Origin: Armatimonadota bacterium
Lineage (GTDB): Bacteria; Sysuimicrobiota; Sysuimicrobiia; Sysuimicrobiales; Humicultoraceae
Length of the DNA: 16,727 bases
Direction: 5' to 3'
NCBI GenBank assembly: GCA_037446215.1
Contig: JBBIJB010000053.1
Coordinates: 1-16,727, forward strand
Both the position numbers and the translations under genes were made by a program. This document shows positions 1-7,357 of this stretch, piece by piece. The notes under the pieces were generated by a model. That model was given only the letters and a program-made list of their open reading frames with translations. It ran no database searches and was not told the DNA's origin. Within the stretch, counting starts at the first letter, position 1; each line of letters begins with the position of its first letter.

Positions 1-1
1 C

Positions 2-199
2 AGCCCGCCAGCGGCCCTCTGCCATATTGTCCGGTCGGTCGTCAGGAGAGCCGAACGCAGGGTCGCGACGGTCGCGAGCCGAACACCCGTCGACCCGGTG
101 ATCCTCGCCTACCTGAACCGGCTCTCCGACTGCCTGTTCGTCCTGGCGAGGATCATCAACCGGCGAAGAGGCGTGGAGGAAACCCTCTGGCGGCCCTGA
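2..199 (+). CDS. pduO: ATP:cob(I)alamin adenosyltransferase, PduO/MMAB type (3' part only; begins before the window)
   Basis: Not in the ORF track. Frame 2 translates to SPPAALCHIVRSVVRRAERRVATVASRTPVDPVILAYLNRLSDCLFVLARIINRRRGVEETLWRP, stop TGA at 197-199. RRAER and YLNRLSDxLFVLAR are the PduO-family signatures. Confidence 0.93.
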   Translation, partial: SPPAALCHIVRSVVRRAERRVATVASRTPVDPVILAYLNRLSDCLFVLARIINRRRGVEETLWRP

Positions 200-225
200 C
201 GAGATCGGTCCACGAGGAGGAGAAG

Positions 226-2148
226 ATGAACCGTTCTACCCATCGGGGATCCGGAGAAGGTCCCGGCGCGATCTTCACCGCCCTCACGGTTACCCTGGGG
301 CTGCAGGCGATGCGGGCGTTCTTTCCCCTGGTCGTCTACGTTTACGGCACCCGGCCGGGCGTCTCCTCGGTGGGGATGGGGATCGTCGCGATCGGGGTCT
401 TCCTGGCTGCCTGGCTGGCAGCGGCGCCGGCGCGGGTGCTCGGGGTACGCCGGGCACTCGCCTTCTCGGCGGCGCTACTGGCTCTCGCCCGCCTGCTGGC
501 CCAGTTCGTCGGCCCCAGCGAGGCGCTCTGGATCTCGGCCGCAGGCACCGTCGCCTTCCTGTGGGCGTTCCCCGCGCTGATAGGGATGGCCAGGAGCGGC
601 GGCAGCGGGGGCGCCGTGCGCCTGGCCATCGGGCTGCTGCTTGGCGTCGCGATAGACACGGCGATCTCCGGGGCCTTCTTGACGCTCGACCCGATCTGGC
701 AGCGGACGTTCTGGGCCTCTGCCGCGTCGCTGCTGCTGGTGCTGGGCTATGCGCGCCTCTTCCGAGGGATCGGCAGGAGCGCGCCCGGGCCGGAGGGCAC
801 CGACGCCCCGCTGGGGTCCACGCTGGCGCTGGCCGGTATCGGGCCGATCCTGCTCCTCCACATGTTGCTCCTTCAGAACGTCGCGCGCCTGACCGCGGTC
901 ACCGGCTGGCCTATGCCGGCGGCGCTGCTCCTGATCTTGGCGGCCGACGCGGCGGCCGTCGCCACGGCCGCGCGCGTTAGGAGCGCCGGGGCAGGCATCG
1001 TCGCGGCGCTGGTCCTGATCCCCTCCGCCTACCTGGCCCACGGCCCCGGGCTCGAGCCGCCTGGACCACTCCAGGCCGCGGTGGCACTGGCCGCGGCGTC
1101 AGTCGCGGCGGCTATGCTCCTCACCGCGATCCTCGCCGAGCAGGGCCGCGGGCCGTTCGGCAGGGGCCTGATCAGGACGGCGGTGGGGTGGGGGCTGGGT
1201 ACGACCATCTTCGTGATACCCGCTTTCCTCTATTACGTCGCATACGACATCGCGCTGCCGTTCGAGAGCGCGTGGCTTCCCCCGGTCCTGGCCGGGCTGG
1301 CCGCGATCGCCGCGCTGGGGCCTCTTCGCGCGCTCCGGCAGGCGGCCCCCCTACATAGGGGGCGGGGGAGGGCGGTCCTCGCCCTCCTTCTCGTGCCGCT
1401 CGTCGCCTGGCCCTTCCTCCGTGCTCCCGATACACAGCCGGGCACCGGCTGGCCGATCCGCGTGATGTCCTACAACCTCCACCAGGGCTTCGGGATCTCG
1501 GGCTCTCAGGACCTGGAGGCGCTCGCCCGGACAATCGAGGAGGCGGGGGCCGATCTCGTGGCCCTCCAGGAGGTCTCCCGCGGCTGGGTCATCAATGGGT
1601 CGACCGACATGCTGGTCTGGCTTGGGCGTCGGCTTCGCATGCCCTATGTTTGGGGCCCGGCGGCCGATGCCGTGTGGGGGAACGCGATCCTCTCGCGCAG
1701 GCCGATAGCGGCCTGGGGGAACCAGGAGCTGCCACGCGGCGGGGCGCCGATGCGCAGGGCCGTCATGTGGGCCGAGGTGGAGCTCGGCGGCGGGGAGAGG
1801 CTGCTGGCGATCGCGACCCACTTCCATCACGTCGAGGGGCACGGCCACATCCGCGAGCCGCAGGCCGCGGAGGTCGTCCGGCTCTGGGGCGGTCGGGAGA
1901 AGGCCGTCCTGCTCGGGGACCTCAACGCCCACCCGGACGCGCGTGAGATGGCGGTGCTGCGCGAGGCCGGGCTCCGCGACGCCTTCGCCCTCGCGGGCCA
2001 GGGCGACGGATTCACCTACAGGTCGGACCGTCCCTACGAGAGGATCGACTACATCTGGCTCTCGCGGGACCTGGGCGCGCGCGAGTTCAAGGTGATGCCG
2101 GGCCAGGCCTCGGACCACCTGGGCATAGCCGTAACGCTACTGCGCTGA
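226..2148 (+). CDS. Polytopic membrane protein with C-terminal endonuclease/exonuclease/phosphatase (EEP) domain; Cwh43/PGAP2IP-like
   Basis: RBS GAGGAGG at 214-220 before ATG 226. About 400 aa of hydrophobic helices, then EEP motifs SYNLH, ADLVALQEV, GNAILSR, THFH, LLGDLNAHP, RIDYIW and SDH. Confidence 0.9.
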   Translation: MNRSTHRGSGEGPGAIFTALTVTLGLQAMRAFFPLVVYVYGTRPGVSSVGMGIVAIGVFLAAWLAAAPARVLGVRRALAFSAALLALARLLAQFVGPSEALWISAAGTVAFLWAFPALIGMARSGGSGGAVRLAIGLLLGVAIDTAISGAFLTLDPIWQRTFWASAASLLLVLGYARLFRGIGRSAPGPEGTDAPLGSTLALAGIGPILLLHMLLLQNVARLTAVTGWPMPAALLLILAADAAAVATAARVRSAGAGIVAALVLIPSAYLAHGPGLEPPGPLQAAVALAAASVAAAMLLTAILAEQGRGPFGRGLIRTAVGWGLGTTIFVIPAFLYYVAYDIALPFESAWLPPVLAGLAAIAALGPLRALRQAAPLHRGRGRAVLALLLVPLVAWPFLRAPDTQPGTGWPIRVMSYNLHQGFGISGSQDLEALARTIEEAGADLVALQEVSRGWVINGSTDMLVWLGRRLRMPYVWGPAADAVWGNAILSRRPIAAWGNQELPRGGAPMRRAVMWAEVELGGGERLLAIATHFHHVEGHGHIREPQAAEVVRLWGGREKAVLLGDLNAHPDAREMAVLREAGLRDAFALAGQGDGFTYRSDRPYERIDYIWLSRDLGAREFKVMPGQASDHLGIAVTLLR

Positions 2149-2172
2149 GCGGTCGCCGGCATCGGCCGTGAC

Positions 2173-2757
2173 TCATCTACCGTCCCCCTTCCCTACGCGC
2201 TGGACCTCCAGGTGCCGGAAGCAGCCCACGACGTGGTCGTTCACCATGCCGGCGGCCTGCATGAAGGCGTAGCAGATGGTGGAGCCCACGAACTTGAACC
2301 CCCGCTCCCGCAGCTCCTTGCTCATCGCGTCCGACTCGGCCGACCTCGCGGGTATCTCAGACTCCGCCTTGTACCGATGGACTATCGGCCGCCCTCCGAC
2401 GAACTTCCAGATGTACCGATCGAAGGAGCCGGACTCCTCCTGGGCCTCGAGAAACCGCCGCGCGTTCGAGACCGCGGCCTCGACCTTGAGCCTGTTGCGG
2501 ATGATCCCGGGATCGGCCAGGAGCCGCGCCACGTCGTGCGCTCCGTACCGTGCCACCTTAGCAGGGTCGAAGCCGTCGAGGGCGGCGCGGAAGCCCTCCC
2601 GCTTCCTGAGCACGATCGCCCAACTGAGCCCTGCCTGGAAGGCGTCGAGGACCAGGAGCTCGAACAGCTTCCGGTCATCGTGGAGCGGCACACCCCACTC
2701 GGTATCGTGGTAGTCGATCATGAGCGGGTTGGACTGAGGCCAGGCGCACCTTCTCAA
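2173..2757 (-). CDS. tag: DNA-3-methyladenine glycosylase I
   Basis: C-terminal 194 aa of the 2173..4041 ORF: RCAW, YHDTEWG, FQAGLSW, GIIRNRLKV, GFKFVGSTICYAFMQAAGMVNDH. The Zn ligands are present (Cys in RCAW, His in YHD, HxxxC). TTG start at 2757 follows GGAGG and overlaps the gmhA stop (TTGA). Confidence 0.95.
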   Translation of the reverse strand: MRRCAWPQSNPLMIDYHDTEWGVPLHDDRKLFELLVLDAFQAGLSWAIVLRKREGFRAALDGFDPAKVARYGAHDVARLLADPGIIRNRLKVEAAVSNARRFLEAQEESGSFDRYIWKFVGGRPIVHRYKAESEIPARSAESDAMSKELRERGFKFVGSTICYAFMQAAGMVNDHVVGCFRHLEVQRVGKGDGR

Positions 2758-3326
2758 ATCCCTTCCTCCACGAGCGCGCACAGGACGTGGCCGATCGTCA
2801 TGTGCGCCTCCTGCACGCGGGCCGTCGTCCCCGAAGGGACGCGGATCGCCACGTCCGCGAGGCGGGCGAGCTCCCCGCCGTTCGCTCCGGTCAGGGCGAC
2901 GACGCGCGCGCCCGCGCGGCGGGCGGCCGCGGCCCCTTCTATGACGTTTCGTGAGCGGCCGCTGGTCGATATGGCAACGACGGCGTCGCCCTTCCCGGCC
3001 GCGGCCTCGACCTGTCTCGCGAAGACGGCATCGAAACCGTAGTCGTTCCCTATCGCGGTGATGGCCGAGGCATCGGCGCACAGCGCGACCGCCGGGATGG
3101 CGGGCCTCTCCCTGGCGAACCTGCCGACGAGCTCCGCGGCAAGATGCTGCGCGTCGGCTGCGGAGCCGCCGTTGCCGAAGAGCACTATCCGGCCGCCTTC
3201 CCTGACCGTCCCGAGCAGGAGCTCTGCCGCCTGGGCCACCGCTTCGGTAAGCGACTCCGCGCAGCGCCGGTGCACCTCCGCGCCCTCCTCGATCTCGGCG
3301 CGCACCCGCTCCACCAGGACGCCCAA
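2754..3326 (-). CDS. gmhA: D-sedoheptulose-7-phosphate isomerase (phosphoheptose isomerase, SIS domain)
   Basis: Motifs GNGGSAADAQHLAAEL, IGNDYG, FARQV, ISTSG, LTG and VQEAHxxxGH. Start uncertain: TTG 3326 has GGAG 8 nt upstream and gives 190 aa; in-frame ATGs also lie at 3353 and 3365. Confidence 0.9.
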   Translation of the reverse strand: MGVLVERVRAEIEEGAEVHRRCAESLTEAVAQAAELLLGTVREGGRIVLFGNGGSAADAQHLAAELVGRFARERPAIPAVALCADASAITAIGNDYGFDAVFARQVEAAAGKGDAVVAISTSGRSRNVIEGAAAARRAGARVVALTGANGGELARLADVAIRVPSGTTARVQEAHMTIGHVLCALVEEGI

Positions 3327-3375
3327 CCGCCCCTCTCCACCAGCCGCTAGCATCGAGGTTTCCATGGGCTGTGCA

Positions 3376-3403
3376 ATTCTCCGCGGAACCCGGCGATCCC
3401 CGC
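3376..3403 (-). promoter_or_regulatory. Possible SigH-like promoter for gmhA-tag
   Basis: Minus strand reads GCGGGGA-N17-GAAT, similar to the AGGA-N17/18-GAAT consensus of Firmicute SigH promoters. Confidence 0.3.
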
Positions 3404-3416
3404 CGGCCCCCGAATC

Positions 3417-3425
3417 TGCTAACAT
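3417..3425 (+). promoter_or_regulatory. Putative extended -10 promoter for the ABC operon
   Basis: TGcTAACAT matches TGnTAnnnT and lies about 40 nt upstream of the ATG at 3466. No clear -35. Confidence 0.45.
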
Positions 3426-3465
3426 TGGCGGACAGAGACCCACGATCAGAACAGGAGGTCTTTCT

Positions 3466-4467
3466 ATGCGTAGTTGGATCGCGCTGGCCGTGGCAATCGC
3501 CCTTCTGGCACCTGCCGCCGGGATGGCACAGGCCCCTTCGCTGACCGTCTACTCCAGCGTGGACGAGGAGAACGCGCGCAAGATACTGGGGGCGTTCTCC
3601 AAGGCGACGGGGATAGAAGCCCGCATCACCTTCCTCTCGACGGGCCCCGCGCTTGCACGGCTCGAGGCGGAGAGGAACAACCCCCAGGCCGACGTGTGGT
3701 TCGGGGCGCCGAGTGAGAACCACGTGGACGCCAAGCTCCGCGGCCTGACCCAGCCCTACGCCTCGCCCGCGGCGGCTAAGCTGGACGCGCGGTTCCGCGA
3801 CCCCGAGAGCTCCTGGGTCAGCTTCTACATGAACCCGCTGGGCTTCGGCCTCAACACCAAGGTCCTCGAGGGGCGCGGCATCAAGCGGCCGGTCTCGTGG
3901 CAGGATCTTCTCAGTCCCCAGTTCCGCGGCCTGATCCAGATGCCCAGCCCGCAGACCTCGGGGACCGCCTACAACATGGTGGTGACGCTCGTACAGCTCA
4001 TGGGAGAGGAGAAGGCCTACGCCTTCATGAAGCAGCTGCACCCCAACGTCCAGACCTACACCACCAGCGGCACCGCGCCGTCGCGCGCGGTCGCCTTCGG
4101 CGAGGTCGCGGTGGGGATCCAGTTCACGCCCGCCCTCTACCAGCTCTACTTCCGCGGCTACCCGATCCTGACCGTCTTCCCGAAGGAAGGGGTCGGGTTC
4201 GAGGCGCCGGCGATCTCGATCGTGCGGGGCACGCGCCGCGAGACCGAGGCCCGTCGGCTCGTGGACTGGATAGTCTCGCCCGAGGGACAGAACACGCTGG
4301 CCGAGCAGGAGACGTTCTTCTTCCCCGTGACCGGCGCGGCCAAGCGCCAGGTCGGGCTGCCCGCGCTGCGCCTGGTCCCGCTCATCAAGTACGATGTTGA
4401 CTTCGCCGGCAAGAACAGGAAGCGTCTTGTGGATCGCTGGATCGCCGAGGTGCTGGGCGGCCGTTAG
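3466..4467 (+). CDS. ABC transporter substrate-binding protein, AfuA/FbpA family (probably binds an organophosphate)
   Basis: RBS AGGAGG at 3453-3458 before ATG 3466. Sec signal peptide MRSWIALAVAIALLAPAAGMA with no lipobox Cys. Motifs AERNNPQADVWFG, PQTSGTAY, LHPNVQTYTTSG, EGVGFE and RKRLVDRW. Confidence 0.9.
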   Translation: MRSWIALAVAIALLAPAAGMAQAPSLTVYSSVDEENARKILGAFSKATGIEARITFLSTGPALARLEAERNNPQADVWFGAPSENHVDAKLRGLTQPYASPAAAKLDARFRDPESSWVSFYMNPLGFGLNTKVLEGRGIKRPVSWQDLLSPQFRGLIQMPSPQTSGTAYNMVVTLVQLMGEEKAYAFMKQLHPNVQTYTTSGTAPSRAVAFGEVAVGIQFTPALYQLYFRGYPILTVFPKEGVGFEAPAISIVRGTRRETEARRLVDWIVSPEGQNTLAEQETFFFPVTGAAKRQVGLPALRLVPLIKYDVDFAGKNRKRLVDRWIAEVLGGR

Positions 4468-4474
4468 GCCGCCC
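4455..4474 (+). other. GC-rich hairpin over the stop codon of the binding-protein gene
   Basis: GGGCGGCC-GTTA-GGCCGCCC is a perfect 8-bp stem with no U-tract after it. Confidence 0.5.
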
Positions 4475-4509
4475 TACCCTCCTCGAGAGCGCGGGGCATC
4501 CCGACGGTG

Positions 4510-6210
4510 ATGGCTGAGTCGCACAGGCCTGCGCCGACCGGTGGCGGGCGCGGCAGGGAGCTGCGCAGGTTGTTGGCGGACCCCGTGGTCCTGCTGGCCG
4601 CCGCGCTGATCCAGGCCGCGCTGCTCATCTTCATCGTCTGGCCGCTGGTGCGGGTTGCGATAGTCAGCCTGACGCCCGGGGGCGCGTTCTCACTCGACGC
4701 CTACGCGGAGCAGCTGCGCTCCTGGTACGTCCAGCGCGCGGTCCTGAACAGCCTGATGGTGGGGGTGCTGACCGCGGGCGCGAGCGTAGCGATCGGCTTC
4801 GCCTACGCCTACGCGCTCGTCCGCACCGCGATACCACTGAAGCGGCTCTTCCACATGCTAGCGATACTGCCGATCGTCTCGCCGCCGTTCGTCTCCTCGA
4901 TCGCGATAATCCTGCTCTTCGGACGCGGCGGGGTGATAACCCACGGGCTATTGGGCCTGCGCGACTTCAACATCTACGGCTTCAAGGGGCTCCTGCTCGC
5001 GCAGGTGATGACGTTTGCGCCGGTCGCCTACCTGGTCCTGCGGGGTGTTCTCGAGGGGATAGATCCCACCCTCGAGGACGCGGCCCTCAACCTCGGCGCA
5101 AGGCGTTGGACCGTCTTTCGGAGGGTGACGCTGCCGCTCGCGGTGCCAGGGGTGACCAGCGCTTTCCTGGTGGTCTTCATAGAGTCCCTGGCCGACTTCG
5201 GCAACCCTCTGCTGCTCGCCGGGAGCGCCTTCCCGGTCCTGTCGGTGCAGGCCTATCTCCAGATAACGGGGATGTTCAACCTGCAGGCCGGTGCCGCGCT
5301 CGCGATGCTCCTGCTGGCGCCGTCGGTGGGCGCCTTCGCCATCTACAGGCTGATCGTCGGCAGGCGCCGCTACGTCACCGTCACCGGTAAGCCCGGGCGC
5401 TCCTCTCTGAAGGCGACCAGCCCGGCCGCCACTTGGCTGCTGTTCGGGGCGACGGCCGGAGTGGCGGCCGTGGTGGTGATGTTCTACGCGGTCATCGTCG
5501 TGGGCGCGCTGGCGCGAACCTGGGGCGTTGACAACACGCCGTCGCTGGATGCGATCCGCTACGTCCTGGACGTGGGCCGCGAGACGATCAAGGACACGCT
5601 GTTGATAGCCGTGACCGCGACCCCGATATCGGGCCTGCTGGGCATGACGATCGCGTTCCTCGTCGTCCGCAAGAGGTTCCCGGGCAGGCAGGCGCTCGAG
5701 CTCACCTCGCTGCTCAACTTCGCCCTCCCGGGAACGGTCGTCGGCATCGGGTACATCCTCGCCTTCAACCAGCGGCCGCTGCTGCTGACCGGGACCATGG
5801 CCGTACTGGTGGCGTGCTTCGTCTTCCGCTACGTGCCGGTAGGGATACAGGCGGGCATAGCGGTACTGCGGCAGATAGACCCCTCGATAGAGGAGGCCGC
5901 CCAGAACCTGGGCGCGCCCAGCGCCGTGACCTTTCGGCGCGTCACGCTGCCGCTGCTGAGGCCGGCGTTCTTCTCGGCGCTGGTCTTCGCCTTCGTGCGC
6001 GCGATGACCGCGATCAGCGCCGCGGTCTTCCTCGTCTCCGCGAACTGGAGCCTGATGACCGTCCAGATACTCAGCGAGGTCGGCTCAGGTCGGTACAACG
6101 CGGCAGCCGCCTACAGCCTGGTGCTTCTCGCGATAGTGATCGCGGCGATCGGCGTCATCGGTCTGATGCTGCGCCGCGGGTACAGCCCTGTTCAGGGGAG
6201 GTTCCTGTAG
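4510..6210 (+). CDS. ABC transporter permease, AfuB/FbpB family (two fused membrane domains)
   Basis: About 12 hydrophobic helices, two EAA loops (LEDAALNLGA and IEEAAQNLGA), plus SPPF and ADFGNP motifs. GTG 4507 is an alternative start. Confidence 0.92.
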   Translation: MAESHRPAPTGGGRGRELRRLLADPVVLLAAALIQAALLIFIVWPLVRVAIVSLTPGGAFSLDAYAEQLRSWYVQRAVLNSLMVGVLTAGASVAIGFAYAYALVRTAIPLKRLFHMLAILPIVSPPFVSSIAIILLFGRGGVITHGLLGLRDFNIYGFKGLLLAQVMTFAPVAYLVLRGVLEGIDPTLEDAALNLGARRWTVFRRVTLPLAVPGVTSAFLVVFIESLADFGNPLLLAGSAFPVLSVQAYLQITGMFNLQAGAALAMLLLAPSVGAFAIYRLIVGRRRYVTVTGKPGRSSLKATSPAATWLLFGATAGVAAVVVMFYAVIVVGALARTWGVDNTPSLDAIRYVLDVGRETIKDTLLIAVTATPISGLLGMTIAFLVVRKRFPGRQALELTSLLNFALPGTVVGIGYILAFNQRPLLLTGTMAVLVACFVFRYVPVGIQAGIAVLRQIDPSIEEAAQNLGAPSAVTFRRVTLPLLRPAFFSALVFAFVRAMTAISAAVFLVSANWSLMTVQILSEVGSGRYNAAAAYSLVLLAIVIAAIGVIGLMLRRGYSPVQGRFL

Positions 6211-7307
6211 TGGTGCCCATCCCGGCCGACGAGGCCGCCCTCGTAGTGGACCGCGTCACCAAGATCTTCGCCGACCCGAGCGGGGCCCCGGTGACCGCCG
6301 TGGACGATGCGTCGCTCTCCGTCCGTGGAGGCGAGTTCGTCTCGCTGCTCGGCCCGAGCGGCTGCGGCAAGACGACCCTCCTCCGGATAATCGCGGGGTT
6401 CGAGACGCCCACCTCGGGCGATGTTTGGCTGGGGGGTCAGAGGGTCACCCACCTCTCCCCGGACGCGCGCGACACCGCGATGGTCTTCCAGTCGTACGCC
6501 CTGTTCCCTCATCTGGACGTCTTCGAGAACGTCGCGTTCGGGTTGCGGGTCCGACGGATCGGCGAGGACGAGACGCGCTCGCGGGTCGGCGAGGCACTCA
6601 CGCTTGTGGGGCTCGAGGGGCTCGCGAAGCGCTCCCCGGACCAGTTGAGCGGCGGGCAGCAGCAGCGCGTAGCCGTGGCCCGCGCGGTGGTCACGAGGCC
6701 CAGGATCCTGCTGCTGGATGAGCCCCTCTCGAACCTGGACGCCAAGCTGCGCGAGCAGATGCGGATCGAGCTGCGCCGCATCCAGCGCGAGGTTGGGATC
6801 ACCGCCGTCTACGTGACCCACGACCAGGTGGAGGCGATGACGCTGGCGGACCGCATCGTCGTGCTCGATCGGGGTCGGATCAGGCAGGTGGCGCCCCCCG
6901 CCGAGCTCTACGCCCGGCCGGCCACCCCGTTCGTCGCCGGATTCGTCGGCAGGGTGAACCTGCTGGAGGGGCTGGTGGTGGAGTCGGCCGGCGGCCGGTG
7001 CCGCGTGGCGCTCGCCGGGGTCGAGGCATCGGTGCCGTCGTCGGCGGAGCGGCGGCGGGGCGCGCGGGTCGCAGTGGTCGTTCGGCCCGAGACGGTACAC
7101 CTGGGCCGGGGCGACGGCCTGGTCGGGACAGTCAGGCGCGCGGTCTACCTCGGATCGCAGGTCGAGTACGAGGTGGAGGTGATGGGCCTGCGCCTGGAGG
7201 CGATCGGGCGCAGCCCACTCGAGGAAGGGATCTTCGCCGAGGGAGACCAAGTGGGGGTCACGGTAGGGTTCCAGGTGGCCCACCTGCTCGACCTCGAAGC
7301 GGAGTAG
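6210..7307 (+). CDS. ABC transporter ATP-binding protein, AfuC/FbpC/PotA type with C-terminal TOBE-like domain
   Basis: Walker A GPSGCGKTT, Q-loop VFQSYALFPH, signature LSGGQQQR, Walker B LLLDEP and VTHD. GTG 6210 overlaps the permease stop, with RBS GGGGAGG at 6195-6201. Confidence 0.93.
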   Translation: MVPIPADEAALVVDRVTKIFADPSGAPVTAVDDASLSVRGGEFVSLLGPSGCGKTTLLRIIAGFETPTSGDVWLGGQRVTHLSPDARDTAMVFQSYALFPHLDVFENVAFGLRVRRIGEDETRSRVGEALTLVGLEGLAKRSPDQLSGGQQQRVAVARAVVTRPRILLLDEPLSNLDAKLREQMRIELRRIQREVGITAVYVTHDQVEAMTLADRIVVLDRGRIRQVAPPAELYARPATPFVAGFVGRVNLLEGLVVESAGGRCRVALAGVEASVPSSAERRRGARVAVVVRPETVHLGRGDGLVGTVRRAVYLGSQVEYEVEVMGLRLEAIGRSPLEEGIFAEGDQVGVTVGFQVAHLLDLEAE

Positions 7308-7357
7308 GCCGCCCGCCGGAGGCCCGGAGGCGGACGCGGGAAGATGAGGGGGACACG

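Noticed and set aside
2145..2175. Bidirectional terminator between the EEP gene and tag
   Set aside because: There is only a weak stem that needs G-U pairs, with no U-tract on either strand.
2173..4041. 622-aa ORF suggesting a large Tag fusion protein
   Set aside because: Only the last 194 aa are Tag. The rest is Arg/Gly-rich off-frame translation over gmhA and antisense to the binding protein, and a good RBS plus TTG exists at 2757.
7318..7343. Fifth SigH-like promoter before the S9 peptidase
   Set aside because: AGGC-N16-GAAG has a short spacer and a poor -35 match.
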